Shown here: positions 29,023 to 40,989 of the stretch, in pieces
Numbering within the stretch: the first letter of the stretch is position 1
How the letters are laid out: each line of letters opens with the position of its first letter
NCBI GenBank assembly: GCA_964036045.1
Contig: OZ038378.1
Location: 172,360,001-172,424,000 of the forward strand
DNA: 64,000 nucleotides
From: Eutreptiella sp. 'Long Island Sound 2002'
Taxonomy: Eukaryota > Protista > Euglenida
Direction of reading: 5' to 3'
The notes under the pieces: model-generated
Database searches by the model: none
Told to the model about the DNA's origin: nothing
Seen by the model: only the letters and a program-made list of their open reading frames with translations
Made by a program: the position numbers and the translations under genes

Positions 29023-31034
29023 GTCCTCGTCCTTCCCCTTCGGCCCGCCACATTCCTCCGCTTTCCCTATCCTTCTCCGACTGCTGCTCGCTCTCTTGAC
29101 CCTGGTCCAGTCTTTTTCCCATGTCCCCTCCCACCATCTCCATCTCTTCTCTGATTCCGTTCCCCAATACCGCCACCCCCTTCATCCCCGTTGGAGCGTG
29201 CATTGCAGGTAATAGGATTGGAGGTTTCTCTGGCAGACGAGAGTGCCTCAGACTGTCTTCGTTCACTGGCAGGAGACCTGCATCTTGCTATGCATGAGGA
29301 CTCCGTCATATCTGCCGATGATGCTGATGAGGGTGTCAGCGAGCAGCACAGACTCAGAGATGTTGAATTGACCCATTGTAGACTAGGAATAGGAGGTGGT
29401 GGCATGAACATTCACAGAGTGAAAGCCCAAGTTGAGGATGCCAGCTACAAATCCCCCCCCCCCCCCGTGGCCAATGGATGCCTTGTCCAACGAACTCTTC
29501 TGTTCAGACTGTATTTGTTTTGGGACCTACTCAATTAGGAACCAGGTTCCAGAACCGAGGTTTCAGGCTAAAGGATTGGGGAAATGAGGGGCTGTTGTAA
29601 TGCATCTTGCAATAATGGTGGGCAAATTTGTAAAGCAGGGTGTGAGGGAATGGTATCACTCAACTTCGGGACCTCTATTGCCCACCATGACTGATTCTCT
29701 ACTTGCACCTGGCCACGAAGTGCTGTAGCTTGTAGAAGCAACAATTCTTGGGCCTTCCACGGAAGGAGACGATTTTGTACGCCTGAAGTATTCGAGAAAT
29801 GGGCAGGACTATGAGAACCCAGCAGCCCCTGTCAGTGCTGTGCAGTTTCATTTGCACTCACCATCACGGGGGAGCATGTTCAACTTTTTAGCATGAAGCG
29901 GGACCACGACAAGGGCTTCTACTCTGAAAGGTGCGAATTGGAAGCCTCCATCGTATTGTGCTTTGAATGGGCTGGGTAGCTGGGTATCTTTTGCTTAGGG
30001 ATGTGTTACTGGAGTTTCACAACATTGTTGCCGCACCGAATGGTGTGTCCAGCAAACACACCTGTTCGCACCGTATTTTTTGAGGACTTTATTGTTCGCT
30101 GGACACCGGGGGGGGGGGGGGCTTGGTATACACGACTGTGGTGGTGTGCATGTCTCCTTGAGGCGGACAAAACTGGTGCAGCAGTAGCATCAGCTGTAGA
30201 GGGTCAAGAGTAAGGGAACAGCGGAATGATGAGGCGGCACAGATGACTGTAAGTATCTTATGGTAAAGATGGGGAGTAAAGACTCTAACGGAACTGAGCG
30301 CCTATAGTGCGAGAATGCATTTGCCTGCTGTAGTCCCGCTCTGTGAATTGAATGTGTTCTGCAGTCTCACGTTTTCGCCCCTTTTGTCTATGCCCCTTGT
30401 CATATGGTCTTTAACATTGCCGGTGGCGCGGGAGGCGAAAAGCAGGAGGTTGTCTGATTTGACTCAGAGGCGGAGAGAGTGCATGATGCCTGGCGGTGTG
30501 CCATCCTACATCATGACACCGGGGGTGGAGACCAGGGCTGGTGCAAGCCCGTGCACATTGCTCCATTCCAGGTGAACCAGTGGGCGTGACGCCCTTGCGG
30601 TGGTCAGGTAGGGTTTGCAAGAACGCTGGTGGTATTTTAATGTGATCCCCCCCCCCCCCCCCAACCCCACCCCTTTCGCCTCCCTCCTCCAGTCCCAGCC
30701 CCGAGGGCTATGGCCTGTGAATAGGCCCAGAACGGGGGGAACGTTGTGTACGCATCTGCCTTGGCCGCACACCCCTTGTGAGTGGAACTGGCGTTTGAGC
30801 CCCAAAGGCTGAACGAAGGTGCTGGTCCGAATCCTAATGTGATGCCCTCTCTTTCTGCCTCTGCCCCTGCCGGTTACTCCGCCACCGCCGTCACTTACCT
30901 GCCACTGTCATGAAAAACTCGAGGAACTCCGGCCCTACCCCATTCTCCAGATGTGTCCCAGGAGAACCTTCCTGTTAACCCCCCCCCCCCCCCCACATGT
31001 CTCCCATCGCCCCCCCGCCCCTCACTTTGACTAG

Positions 31035-31259
31035 GTGCTGCTCGACAACGTGAGTGGCGTGTTCGAGGCTGGGACGATGGTCGCCATCATGGGGCCCTCC
31101 GGGTGTGGCAAGACCACCGTGATGGACTGCATTTCCGGGAAGAAGACAGCAAAGTACACTGGCGAAGTCCGTGTTAATGGTCGGGAGCTGGACAAGAAGG
31201 CCTTCCGCGATATCAGCTCCTACGTCCCACAGCAGGACTATGGCTTCGCAAAGTCAAAG
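31035..31259 (+). CDS. ABCG half-transporter exon 2 (Walker A, Q-loop)
   Basis: ctag|VLLDNVSG...MGPSGCGKTT...SYVPQQDYGFAKSK|gtcaac. Confidence 0.92.
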
Positions 31260-32255
31260 GTCAACTCAGCCTCCTTCAGGGCCGGTTTTAAGGAGACTCT
31301 CTCTTGATTCATCGTTATTAACCATCAGCTGTGCCTTGGCCGATAGCGGCTGACCAGCACCGCTAGTGCTAGCGGCCTTTGATTTTCCACGGCCACTGGT
31401 TGGCCCCCAACCGCAGCTATTGGAGGCATCCACTATTGCTTCACTGCCAAGAATTGTGTTGCCCGCTTTCTTCTAGATAGTGCTACGGTGGCGGACAGCG
31501 TAATTCTTTTTGCTTTCTGACATAGCACCGGTGCTTCCGTTTCCGGAAGACTGTATAGTCCCCATTGAGAAGCCTGCTCCACCCCCGATCAAGCCCCTTC
31601 AACATAGCGGGCTTGGCTGGGGATGAGGGAAGAGGCTGAGACAAGGGGGGGGGGGGTTCTGATGCCATACGTGCACAGCACATGTGGAGTGCAGGTACAG
31701 TGCAAGTATTTCTGGATGCAGCTGCTCGAAGGATGGGCAGTAGCAAGTCCCAGTGGTACCATGGGCTCAGGTGGTCTTTGGGGCATGCGTGTCACCCGCC
31801 TGAGTTGCCCCTGTCACACCAGTCATTACCGTTATGGCAGGCCTTAAGGAACTGTGTGTGCCCAAGATTACCCAAGAGAACCACAACTTGGCGGGAACAA
31901 CAGGTGTTCCCCTGAGAGACAGGGTCCGGCGGGGACATGGGTACTACCCGCCATGGACTGGAGCGGGTCCTGGGTACCACTTCACCCCCCTCCTTAGAGC
32001 AGACCATGGGGGGTGCTCGATAAAACCCAATGCCAGCAGCGGGTACCCAGGACAGACTTCGGAGGGGGGGTATGCACAGGCGTGTGACCTCCGTGGAATT
32101 GCCGCCGGTGCAGGGCATTCTTTGCTCTGCCAAAATGCATTTTGAGGTGGGTGGGTGCAGTTGGGAGCAAAGTTGTCATCGGTCTCTGGCAACAGTTTTA
32201 GTTGCTTCCAGCAGCCTCCGGCAGAGGCATGAGGTCACACCTGGTGACTTGCAGC

Positions 32256-33165
32256 ATGAAGGCTGGACCAGCGCCTAGCCCCTGAGGGGGCTTCTTTAGC
32301 GCAGTGTGTGCAGTGCAACTATTTGGGCACTTGACTGTACTAGAAACCCATACTTTGTGATACTAGAGGCTTATTGTTGTTTAACAACAAGTTTTTGATG
32401 CTTCTTTGGCATTAGGGATATGGCCTATTTGGGGTTTCACCCAACTTCACCCAACTTCACCCATTTTCACACATTCCTTGTTCATTTTCGCCACATGGTC
32501 TCTTTTCTAGGTCAATTTCTCCCCACTATGGGGACCCTTGTTTTGCTGCTACTAGTCCACTGACTAGCTACTCTCATACTCTGGTTTTCTATGCGGGGTG
32601 TGGAACCCCAATTGGTCTATGTACACCTCCTTATGCTGGTTGCAGTCCCTTCATATGCAGGACATTCTCTTCCCCATTCCACTCCAAGGTGGGAGAGAAC
32701 ACTGCCCAGGATTTGAGACAACTCCCACCAACTACACTGAAATCGCTGGTGAGCTTGATCCTGATGAAAGAGAACCCCCAGCTTCTTAGCAATAGGTGCA
32801 ACAGCCACACTAAATGCGGTACCATTATGAAAGGGTGCAAGCACAAGTATGTTAAGAAGCAAGTCAAACAGACCTTGAAAAGATGCCAAGATGTTGGTGA
32901 AGTCGTGATCACTTTGGAAACCTTGTACCCGACGTTAGAGAGGGACCTCAGCATGAGAAAAGATATCAAGACTTTCATGGCCTGTTCCATTGTGCATGAC
33001 ATCTTAGGGGAAGGGAAGGTAGCGTGCAATTGTGTCCAGCTAGGGTGGTCGGGGTGGCCCAATTTTGAGGGCCTTTGGAAATGGTGTGGTTGGGGCTCTT
33101 TTGGGGGAAATTTGGTCTCAAAGTAGCGCATAGTGCACGTGCAGTGCAAGTGCAAGGATTCTTCC
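32256..33165 (+). repeat. Dispersed repeat, copy 1 (in ABCG intron 2); homologous to 53360-54097
   Basis: Shared ends: gcagtgcaactatttgggc...acccatactttgtgatactag at the 5' side and aagtagcgc...gcagtgcaaggatt at the 3' side; the middle is diverged. Confidence 0.75.
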
Positions 33166-33795
33166 GCAGAAGCTTGAACCGACATGTCTGGGAGGGAGAT
33201 GGATGCAGAGATTTGATAACATCCACCACCTCAGCATCCGAAGGCAGCTGTGGTCCATGAAGCAGATGAGGCCCTCTTCCTTCGAAACCTTGGCGCTACG
33301 CAGACAGTACTGTGCTGGCACGTAGAACTGGTAAGCTCCAGCAAGAGGGTGTGTTTACCCCCAGCGGACCCGGCATGTCCAAGTCTAGCGGCGTGGATGG
33401 TCCGGTAGGATCGGGCGCCCAAACACCCTTTTGGAGGTCTGCTCTTACCCTGATCCCCTCATGGAAGGGTGGGTGATGGTGGTGGAAGCCGAATGCAGAG
33501 GTGCCGGGTTGGCATGGCTTTCCTCTTCGCCCCTGTCCGGCGCGCAGTCCGAGCAACACTGAGGGCATCGTCCAGAACACGACAACACAATGAAACCCAT
33601 CCGGATGTCTTAAAAGTCTACCGACCCCTGTCAAAGTCATCTCATGCACTTCCCTCTGTGCCTTGTTGACGCCCTCGTTATTGGCCAGACCCTCGGTTTG
33701 ACTGCCCTAGTTCCACAGAGCCTTGGTCACCAGCTCTAGTTCTTCGTCGGGTGCCATCAAGCGGCTCCTTGCTTGTGTTCGTGGCATTGTTTCAG

Positions 33796-34002
33796 GTGAT
33801 CGAGGAGCTCCGGTTTGCCTCACAAATGAAGGGGCAGGACGGGTTTTTTGCGTCAAAGAGGACGGAGGCCCAGCAACGGAATCAAGATTTTGAGGTGATG
33901 TTGCACGCCGTGGGCCTCATGAAGGTGCGGGACAGCTTTGTGGGCAACCAGCTCGTCCGCGGGATCAGTGGGGGTCAGAAGCGGCGCCTGACGCTGTGCA
34001 AG
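33796..34002 (+). CDS. ABCG half-transporter exon 3 (ABC signature)
   Basis: ttcag|VIEELRFASQMK...VGNQLVRGISGGQKRRLTLCK|gtatgc. Confidence 0.92.
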
Positions 34003-34350
34003 GTATGCCTGCGGTCCTGCCAGGAACGTGGGGTGTGTGTGTGTGGAGTAGGTGGTGGAGGGGGGTTAGTACTTCGGTTTGACGCGCCTGGTTGTGTTTT
34101 GAGGAGGTGTGCCTCTGGGCTGTCTGTGGCTGTGTGTGTGTGTGTGTGTGTGTGCGTGCGTGTATGGGGGGCAACATACCGGTAACGGTGTGCTATGTCC
34201 ACAGTGCTGCTTGTACTGCTGTGCCGTGTGTACTGAGCGACTGGGCCGTTGGTGCAGCGGCTTACCCCTCCAAGAAGTTAGCGATGTCAGTGAGACGTCA
34301 CACCAAGGTGCTCCCTAATGGAGAGGGATGGCTTGGCTGAACCCAAGTTG

Positions 34351-34478
34351 CACAACCCTCCACAACCCTCCACAACCCCCGACAACCCTCCACACTCCAC
34401 ACCCCTTCCCAACCCCCCACAACCCTCCACAACCCCCCACACCCCTCCACAACCCTCCACAACCCTCCACACCCCTCC
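34351..34478. repeat. 10-bp minisatellite (cacaaccctc)n in ABCG intron 3
   Basis: About a dozen degenerate copies visible. Confidence 0.85.
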
Positions 34479-34532
34479 GAAACCTGGTAATAAAGGCATC
34501 CATATGCAGCAGCTGAATCGCACGTTTGGCAG

Positions 34533-34904
34533 GGGCTCGTCACAGACCCCTGGGTGGTCTTCATGGATGAGCCCACGTCCGGCCTCTCGTCCTCCGATTC
34601 GGAGATGGTTATGAAGAGCTGTAAGCTCATCGCACAATACTTCGGCACCACCATTATTACCGTGATCCATCAGCCCCGCGCCACCCTCTTCAACCTGTTC
34701 GACCACGTCATGCTCATGTGCGAGGGCCGTGTCGCCTACAACGGCCCCAGGGCCGACCTGGAACGGTACTTCGCCGGCCTGGGCTTCCGATGTCCCCCTT
34801 CCGACAATCCCGCGGACTACTACCTCGACATCATCACCCCCGGCGTTGAGGGGGCGGAGCCGGAGCGCATCTTAGACGCGTGGGCCGCGAACAAGAACGC
34901 GGAG
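34533..34904 (+). CDS. ABCG half-transporter exon 4 (Walker B, H-loop)
   Basis: ggcag|GLVTDPWVVFMDEPTSGLSSSDS...TVIHQP...NPADYYLDII...NKNAE|gtatca. Confidence 0.92.
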
Positions 34905-36062
34905 GTATCAGCCCAATGCCCTCGTCGTTGCCTGTGCGTCTGTCGCAGAGCCTTGCCCCAGCCCTTGCTCCAACGAATGCCACAGCCCTGGGCCCCATGC
35001 CTTGCAGGGCCCCATCCCCCCCTTGTCCAACCCAGGGCGGTTCTTGAAGACAGTCAACGCTGGTTTTCTTTGCATCAAGGACCACCCCCCGGGACCGCTC
35101 TACTCACCGTCGGTCACCTTTCAACCGCCGTCGGTTACCCTCCATACGTCGAGCTGGGTTTGGGACGCCAGCAGTTTTTTTTTTTTTGTGTCGAATGACC
35201 GCCCTGGTCCAAACCCCCGCCCCTTCCCTGAGGGGGCTGATCCTGTCTGCTAAACGCTTGTGGACGAACAGATAGTGGAGCATCCCACCCAAGAAGGGGT
35301 GACAGTTGTTTGGTGATAGATTTCGCGCTGACGGTGTTTTGGCGGGGACGTTCACTCAATCAGACCGACCATTGCCCCTCCCGTCCCCACCCTCCTCCGG
35401 TCCAACAGAAAGTGTTCAGCTGAAAAAGGCAAATGCTTTTTCAAAAAAAAAAGCATGTGGGCTGTTTTTGGTGCGCGAACCCTCATGTCCCAGACCCCTC
35501 CATCGCCTTCCCCCGGCCCATGTTCCAACGCATGTATGTTCACGACGTCCTGTGATGTCTACTTGCAACAAAAACTGGTGTTTTAGTCCCATGAGAAAGT
35601 CCAAGGTCTGGCACCCTCTCCTTTGCTCCTTTGGTATCATATTGTTCTGTGTGTATTCTGAGCAGGACCTCCCCATCCCCCCACCCCCACGCTAGTCCCA
35701 CAGCAGAATCCTCATCGGGAAAACTCACTTTTCATTTGAGGAACTATCCACCCCCCCCCTTTGGGCTATCTCTGGTGCACAAACACTTGGGTCTCAGACC
35801 CTACACCCCCTTCCCCCCGCTCAGACTGCCGCTGCTCCTGCCTGCTACCACTGCCAGCGCCCTTTGTGCCTACTCCATGACCACGCCCCAGCTCCTTATG
35901 CCAGGCCCCTTCCCCTGTTCCTGCCCTCACCAGTCCCTTGCCTCTCACTTGTTTGTTGCCTCCACCTTTTGCCATGGCCCTTGCCTCTGCCTACACTGGG
36001 CCACTGCTCCTGCTGATGCCGATGCGCTTGCCCATGCCCCCGCCACTGCTCCCGCCAAGCGG

Positions 36063-36132
36063 TCCCGGTGGCGCAGTGGTTGAGCACATGCCACAGACCT
36101 GTAGATTCCAGGTTCGATTCCTATTGGAAGTC
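36063..36132 (+). repeat. tRNA-derived Pol III head (pseudo-tRNA/SINE) in ABCG intron 4
   Basis: A-box tggcgcagtggt and B-box ggttcgattcc at tRNA-like spacing, but the acceptor and anticodon stems do not pair. Confidence 0.55.
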
Positions 36133-37967
36133 AGGGTCAAATCCTAAGCCTCCGGAGGGGGAGGCGCTGGGTCCGGTCTGTGGATGTGGCCCCCTCTTCG
36201 CTTTTTGAAAGTCAATGGCCCAGTGGCTCCCAAGAAACCCCACAAGAAGGGTGGTTTTTTTTGGGGGGGGGGTTTACCCTGTCCCTCTAAAATTTGTCCC
36301 AAAACTGATCATCGCAATGAGGCAGGTGTTTTGTGGCACACTGTAGTCTGTGGGTAGGGCCGCCCAGTCTCTTGTGCGGGAGGGCGCCAAACCCCTGAAA
36401 ACCATGGGCAGGGGGGGATGCACCCCCCCTCTCCCCAAAAGCAATGAAGGCCATGGGGCACGCACGGCTGGAGCGACAGTGGCGGGTCCACACCTGACCA
36501 ATTGCGCCCCCCCCCCCCCCCCCACAAGCAAAACGCATGCACATGCTGTGCACCACAAATGTGTGCGACTTGCTGACCCGGAACCCCTTGGCGCTGTATG
36601 ACATGAGATCCCAAATCAGTGGCAAAATACCCTCCAAACCTCAAGATTTTGTGTGCAACATTGTTAGAGGCGGCATATGTTACATGTAAGTCGCGTATTC
36701 TTTTTTTCCTGTAGGTTGCGTGCCTTTTTTTTTTTTTTTGGCCTAAGCCGTGTGCGGAAAAAAAAATAACCAACAATGCTATGAGTACGCTACCTACAAC
36801 CCCTCCCCCAAAAATCCATCCAGATGCTCTTCACTCGATTTAGCGCTGATGGACGATGCAGAAGGGGAGCCCTTGGAACCAAGCTCCCTACGCTTTATTG
36901 CGCTTTATTGCGTCAGTGCACTCGATGGTGTGTACTATAACTTGCAATAACCCTAAACTGCAGCTGATCGCAATGGAGGACTTTGACCGGCTTCACTCAC
37001 CAGCTGCTCCGAGAAGCCTCACAGCAAGCAGACCACCCCTTGTATGTTGTATGCAAGTAACCTCTGAACCGGGCTTCGGACCAAAATTGAGCTTGATCTC
37101 ACCGAGTGGGGCCACCCAAAGCACGCCGGAACTTTATAGAATCCTAACAACCGCAACCCAAGCCATTCAGGGAGGCAGCGCACGATAGAACACATCGGTG
37201 GACCTGAATGAATGGGAAGCCAGAGTGTGGATAGTAGGCGGCGACCTCCCAAATGGGGGCGGGTCCCTAGAGTTGAGGCTGGTGAGGATTCTCAAGCTAT
37301 CGGCTCCGAGGATGTAGGTTGCGTAGAAAAAAAAAGTGTAAGTAGAGTAAGAAAAAAAAAGTGTAAACCACCGACTTTTTGGGGGGGGGGGGGGGGATGG
37401 TCCGGTTGCAATGTCTACATTAGGCTCCGGCTATGCCTGCTCCCCGTGACTTTCAGGGCAAAGGATAATGTTGATGCACCCACCCCACCCCACCCCGCAC
37501 CAAGGCACAGTTGCCTCCTATGATCCTACCACAAATGATTGTGCCCGTCAGTACGTGTCCATCCCTGGGAAGCAATTCCAAGTCCTCGAGGGGTATCCAA
37601 AGGATGCAGGGGGTTGGTTGGAGCGCAACCAAATGTTTATTGACGAGTTGACCAAGGAAATAAAATGGAATCTCTATTAGGCTTGTGTTTGGAACACCAA
37701 CTATGTGCAAAGCCTAAGCTATCAGACTCGAGGTCTGATTTCATCTACAAACATGTATTTGCTGACTTCTTGTTGTTGGTGCATGTTTTGTAGCACATCC
37801 TCCTCCTCTTTTCTCTCATCCCCTCTTCTCTCCTCTCCTCTCCTCCCAAGTCACCTGCTTGCCATGGCTCCATTGCTTTACCAATGCCTGAGGCACCCCA
37901 AATGTCCGTGGGGGCTATTTGCTTCACCTCCTCCGGTAGCCATGGCAATTGTTGGCTGGTTCTTGTG

Positions 37968-38009
<42 letters not shown>

Positions 38010-38307
38010 CCCCCCCCCCCCCCCTCCCCTCTCTCTTTTTTAAAGATTTTTTCGCAACTTACACCAAAAAAAAGTGCATGCAAATATGCCAATTTTTTTG
38101 TCATTTATTTCCATACGCGACCTATGCCGACAAAAAAAGTGCATGCGTCTTATGCCGAAAAAACCAGTACACGACTTGCACTTTTTTCCACACGTGACTT
38201 ATGATTTCCTCTGCCGGTGTGGGAGGGATGGCAAGGGGCGGAAGAAGCATCATTTGTGAACAAAGGGACAACTGTCCCGGTTTCCTAAAAAATACTTTTC
38301 CCATGTG

Positions 38308-38645
38308 GGCTGCAGCATTAGGGGGCCAGCCCCAATCAGCGTGGCTGCAGTAGCAGGGGCCGGCCCCAATCGGCGCGGCTATAGCAGCAGAGCCCAGCCC
38401 CAATTGGCGCGGCTTCAGCATGAGGGGCCCAGCCCCAATCGGCGTGGCTACAACAGTGCATAGTTTGTCGACATTGTGCCCATACGTGCATACATGTAGA
38501 CACTGTGCATAGTTTGTAGATACTGTGCATAGTTGTAGACATTTTGCACACTTTGTAGACACTGTGCACATACACGTTTATCTGGGTATAGTTTGTAGAC
38601 ACTATGCACCACAAGTAGACGCGGCCTGCTAATTGTAGACACTGT
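38308..38645. repeat. Two abutting minisatellites (~34-bp GC-rich x4; ~20-bp gtgcatagtttgtagacact x~8)
   Basis: Units with the core agccccaatcggcg.ggct at 38308-38450, and gtgcatagtttgtagacac units at 38456-38645. Confidence 0.8.
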
Positions 38646-39062
38646 CAGCGTTTTGTGGACGTGAAGAGACAATATTGGGGAAGGAGGCCGAAGGCCCCCT
38701 TCCCTGAAAAACGGTCCGCTGGCATCGTTTACCGGCGCCCATGGGTGTGTCTCTCGAGCAGGCAAAGTGAGCGAGGAAGGCGCATGGGGGGAGGTGTATA
38801 TGCGCTTATACATGTATACAAATATGCCTTCATACGTGACATATATATGCATTTGCGCGGATACGTACAGCCCTCGCGCTTTGTGGTGGTTGCTGGGCTT
38901 ATGGGGCGTGCCTAACGGGCAGGTGCGTGCCAAGGGATGACACCCTGCCGACCCCTGGTGGCCCTGTTCATATGATTGCCTTGCTGCTGCCCCTATCTGC
39001 TCAGGCCCCTGCCTCTGCCCTGGCCCCGGTATACCTCCCGCCTCCGGCCCTGGCCCTTGCAG

Positions 39063-39467
39063 GTGATGCAGAAGGTAGAGGCCAGCTTCCGCAACGAAAA
39101 AGGCCTGGCCTCAGTTGAAGAGCAACAGCAGCAGTTGAATGCGTCGCTGATGCGCCCGCAGAAGAAGCGGTCGTTTTTCTTCCAGTGGTGGATGCTGCAG
39201 AAGCGGGAGCTGCTGATGCTGCGCCGCAACATTGACGAGACGATGGTCGGGATCTTCAACTCTGCTTTTCTGGGGTTCATCATCGGGGCGCTGTTCCTTG
39301 ACATCCGCAACAAGACCGACAGCGACGGCAGCGGCCTGGCCAAAGAGACCGTGAACTACCAGCTTTCCTTCGTGTTCATCATCACCCTCACCGCCGCGAT
39401 GCTCTCCTTCGAGTTCGTGCCCATGCTGATCAACGAGCGCGTGGTGTTCCTCAACGAGCGCGCGGAG
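39063..39467 (+). CDS. ABCG half-transporter exon 5 (ABC2 membrane domain start)
   Basis: ttgcag|VMQKVEAS...SFFFQWWMLQKRELLMLRRN...GFIIGALFLD...ERVVFLNERAE|gtgtgc. Confidence 0.9.
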
Positions 39468-40591
39468 GTGTGCGCCGTGCGGAGGGTGTGAGGGTGAGGG
39501 CGCTACCAGGGGCGGGTCATTGACAACCGTACCCCCCCCCCCCCCTCCCCCCCCCCTCTCTGGACCCCCCATCTCACACCACGGGGGCTTGGGTTCTACA
39601 TTACACCTCATGCCCCCCCTCCCCCCCCTGCTTAGACTTGCAGAATCAGATCAAGTGATCGCCCTCCCGCCTGCAGCCCCAGGTGGCATTCATCAATGTG
39701 CCTGCATGGGAACCAATGAACCAAACTTCATGAACACCCACCAAGCACCTTGCCTCTGCTTCCGCCACCACCGCGAGGATTGTGGTCCCCAGCAAAACAT
39801 TTCATTACTTCACGTGTGTTTGCCTACCAGTTGCAGGCAGCCATACACATGAACTTTCAAGTGTTCACTGCGGACATTGGATAAATGAGGGCTCCTTCAA
39901 ATAGTTTTCTTCTTGTCAGGGATTGACTGGGCTGCAATCACTGCCAAGCTGCCAACAGGGAACACACAGGGACCAGGGAGCGCCGTAGGAGTGCCACAGC
40001 TATTGTAGCCCGTGCTCCGGGTATCCATTGCCTGAGCCGCGATCCGCAAGGCCCAGGCGAGACAACCCATCACCGACGCATTCCACCTGTCGCTCCTTCC
40101 ACTCGCTTTCTTCCTGATTCGCTCGCCTCCTCTGCGACAAAGGGACGTGTGCGTAACTGGCGCGGGTCCGTGAACAGCCAACCGTTTGGGGGCGGGGGGT
40201 TGGCGTAGTCAACATCTACCGGCGCTGGCGTAGGCTGGCACGTTAGGCCTATGCCTGTTGCGTCCGTTGTGCAGACATGCGCGCGTGCGTCTCCTACACA
40301 ATTGCTGGATGGAGCCGGGGCGTTGCAATTGCGGAGGGGCTGTGCCACCTCGTCCAGCCCGTGGGAAGCTAACGGACCGATGGACGACTTCACGCCACGA
40401 CGGGCGAGCTCATTTGCAGTTGAGCTGATGCGCAGTCGCAAGCTTCCAACGCAAGGCCGTGAATCTGAGTCACTGCGAATTCCGACGAAAGCCAAACTTG
40501 CAGCGGAATACTCGGAACCAGGGCTTCCGTGTGCGTGCCATGCGTGCGCCCAGCGCCCTCCCCTCGCCGACATCATGCCCGCCTTCCCCAG

Positions 40592-40989
40592 GGCCTGTAC
40601 GGCACCGTCCCGTACATGCTGACCAAAATGCTGACGCGCCTCACCCTGGGGGCCATCATGATGGTCATCATCACCGCCATCTCTTATTTCATGGGGGGGT
40701 TCGAAGTGGAGCACTACGCCTTCTTCCTGCTGACCGTTGCGGCGTCGTTCGCGGCCCTGGACGGCACCCTCGCGTTCATCAGCGTCATGTCCCCGACGCA
40801 CGAGGTCGCGAACGCGCTCGCGGGCACGTTCTTGACCCTGTGCTCCCTGTTCAACGGGTTCACCAGCAACAGCAGGAGCTCGCCCGACTGGATCATCTGG
40901 ATACAATACGTGTCTGTGGCTTACTACAGCTTCGTTGCGGTGGCAGGTGAGCTGTTCGAAACATACACCCGCTACCCGTGGGATTGCAG
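40592..40989 (+). CDS. ABCG half-transporter exon 6 (membrane domain)
   Basis: ccccag|GLYGTVPYMLTK...LFNGF...PDWIIWIQYVSVAYYSFVAVAGELFETYTRYPWDC ag|gttgtg (phase 2). Confidence 0.9.

Noticed and set aside
29191-29538. LRR-like ORF in ABCG intron 1
   Set aside because: Only one partial LRR-like stretch, and no splice-compatible context.
40946-40952. Strong-looking donor gcag|gtgagc inside ABCG exon 6
   Set aside because: Using it removes the GELF...C segment equivalent to the conserved NEF...C region and gives the wrong phase for exon 7.
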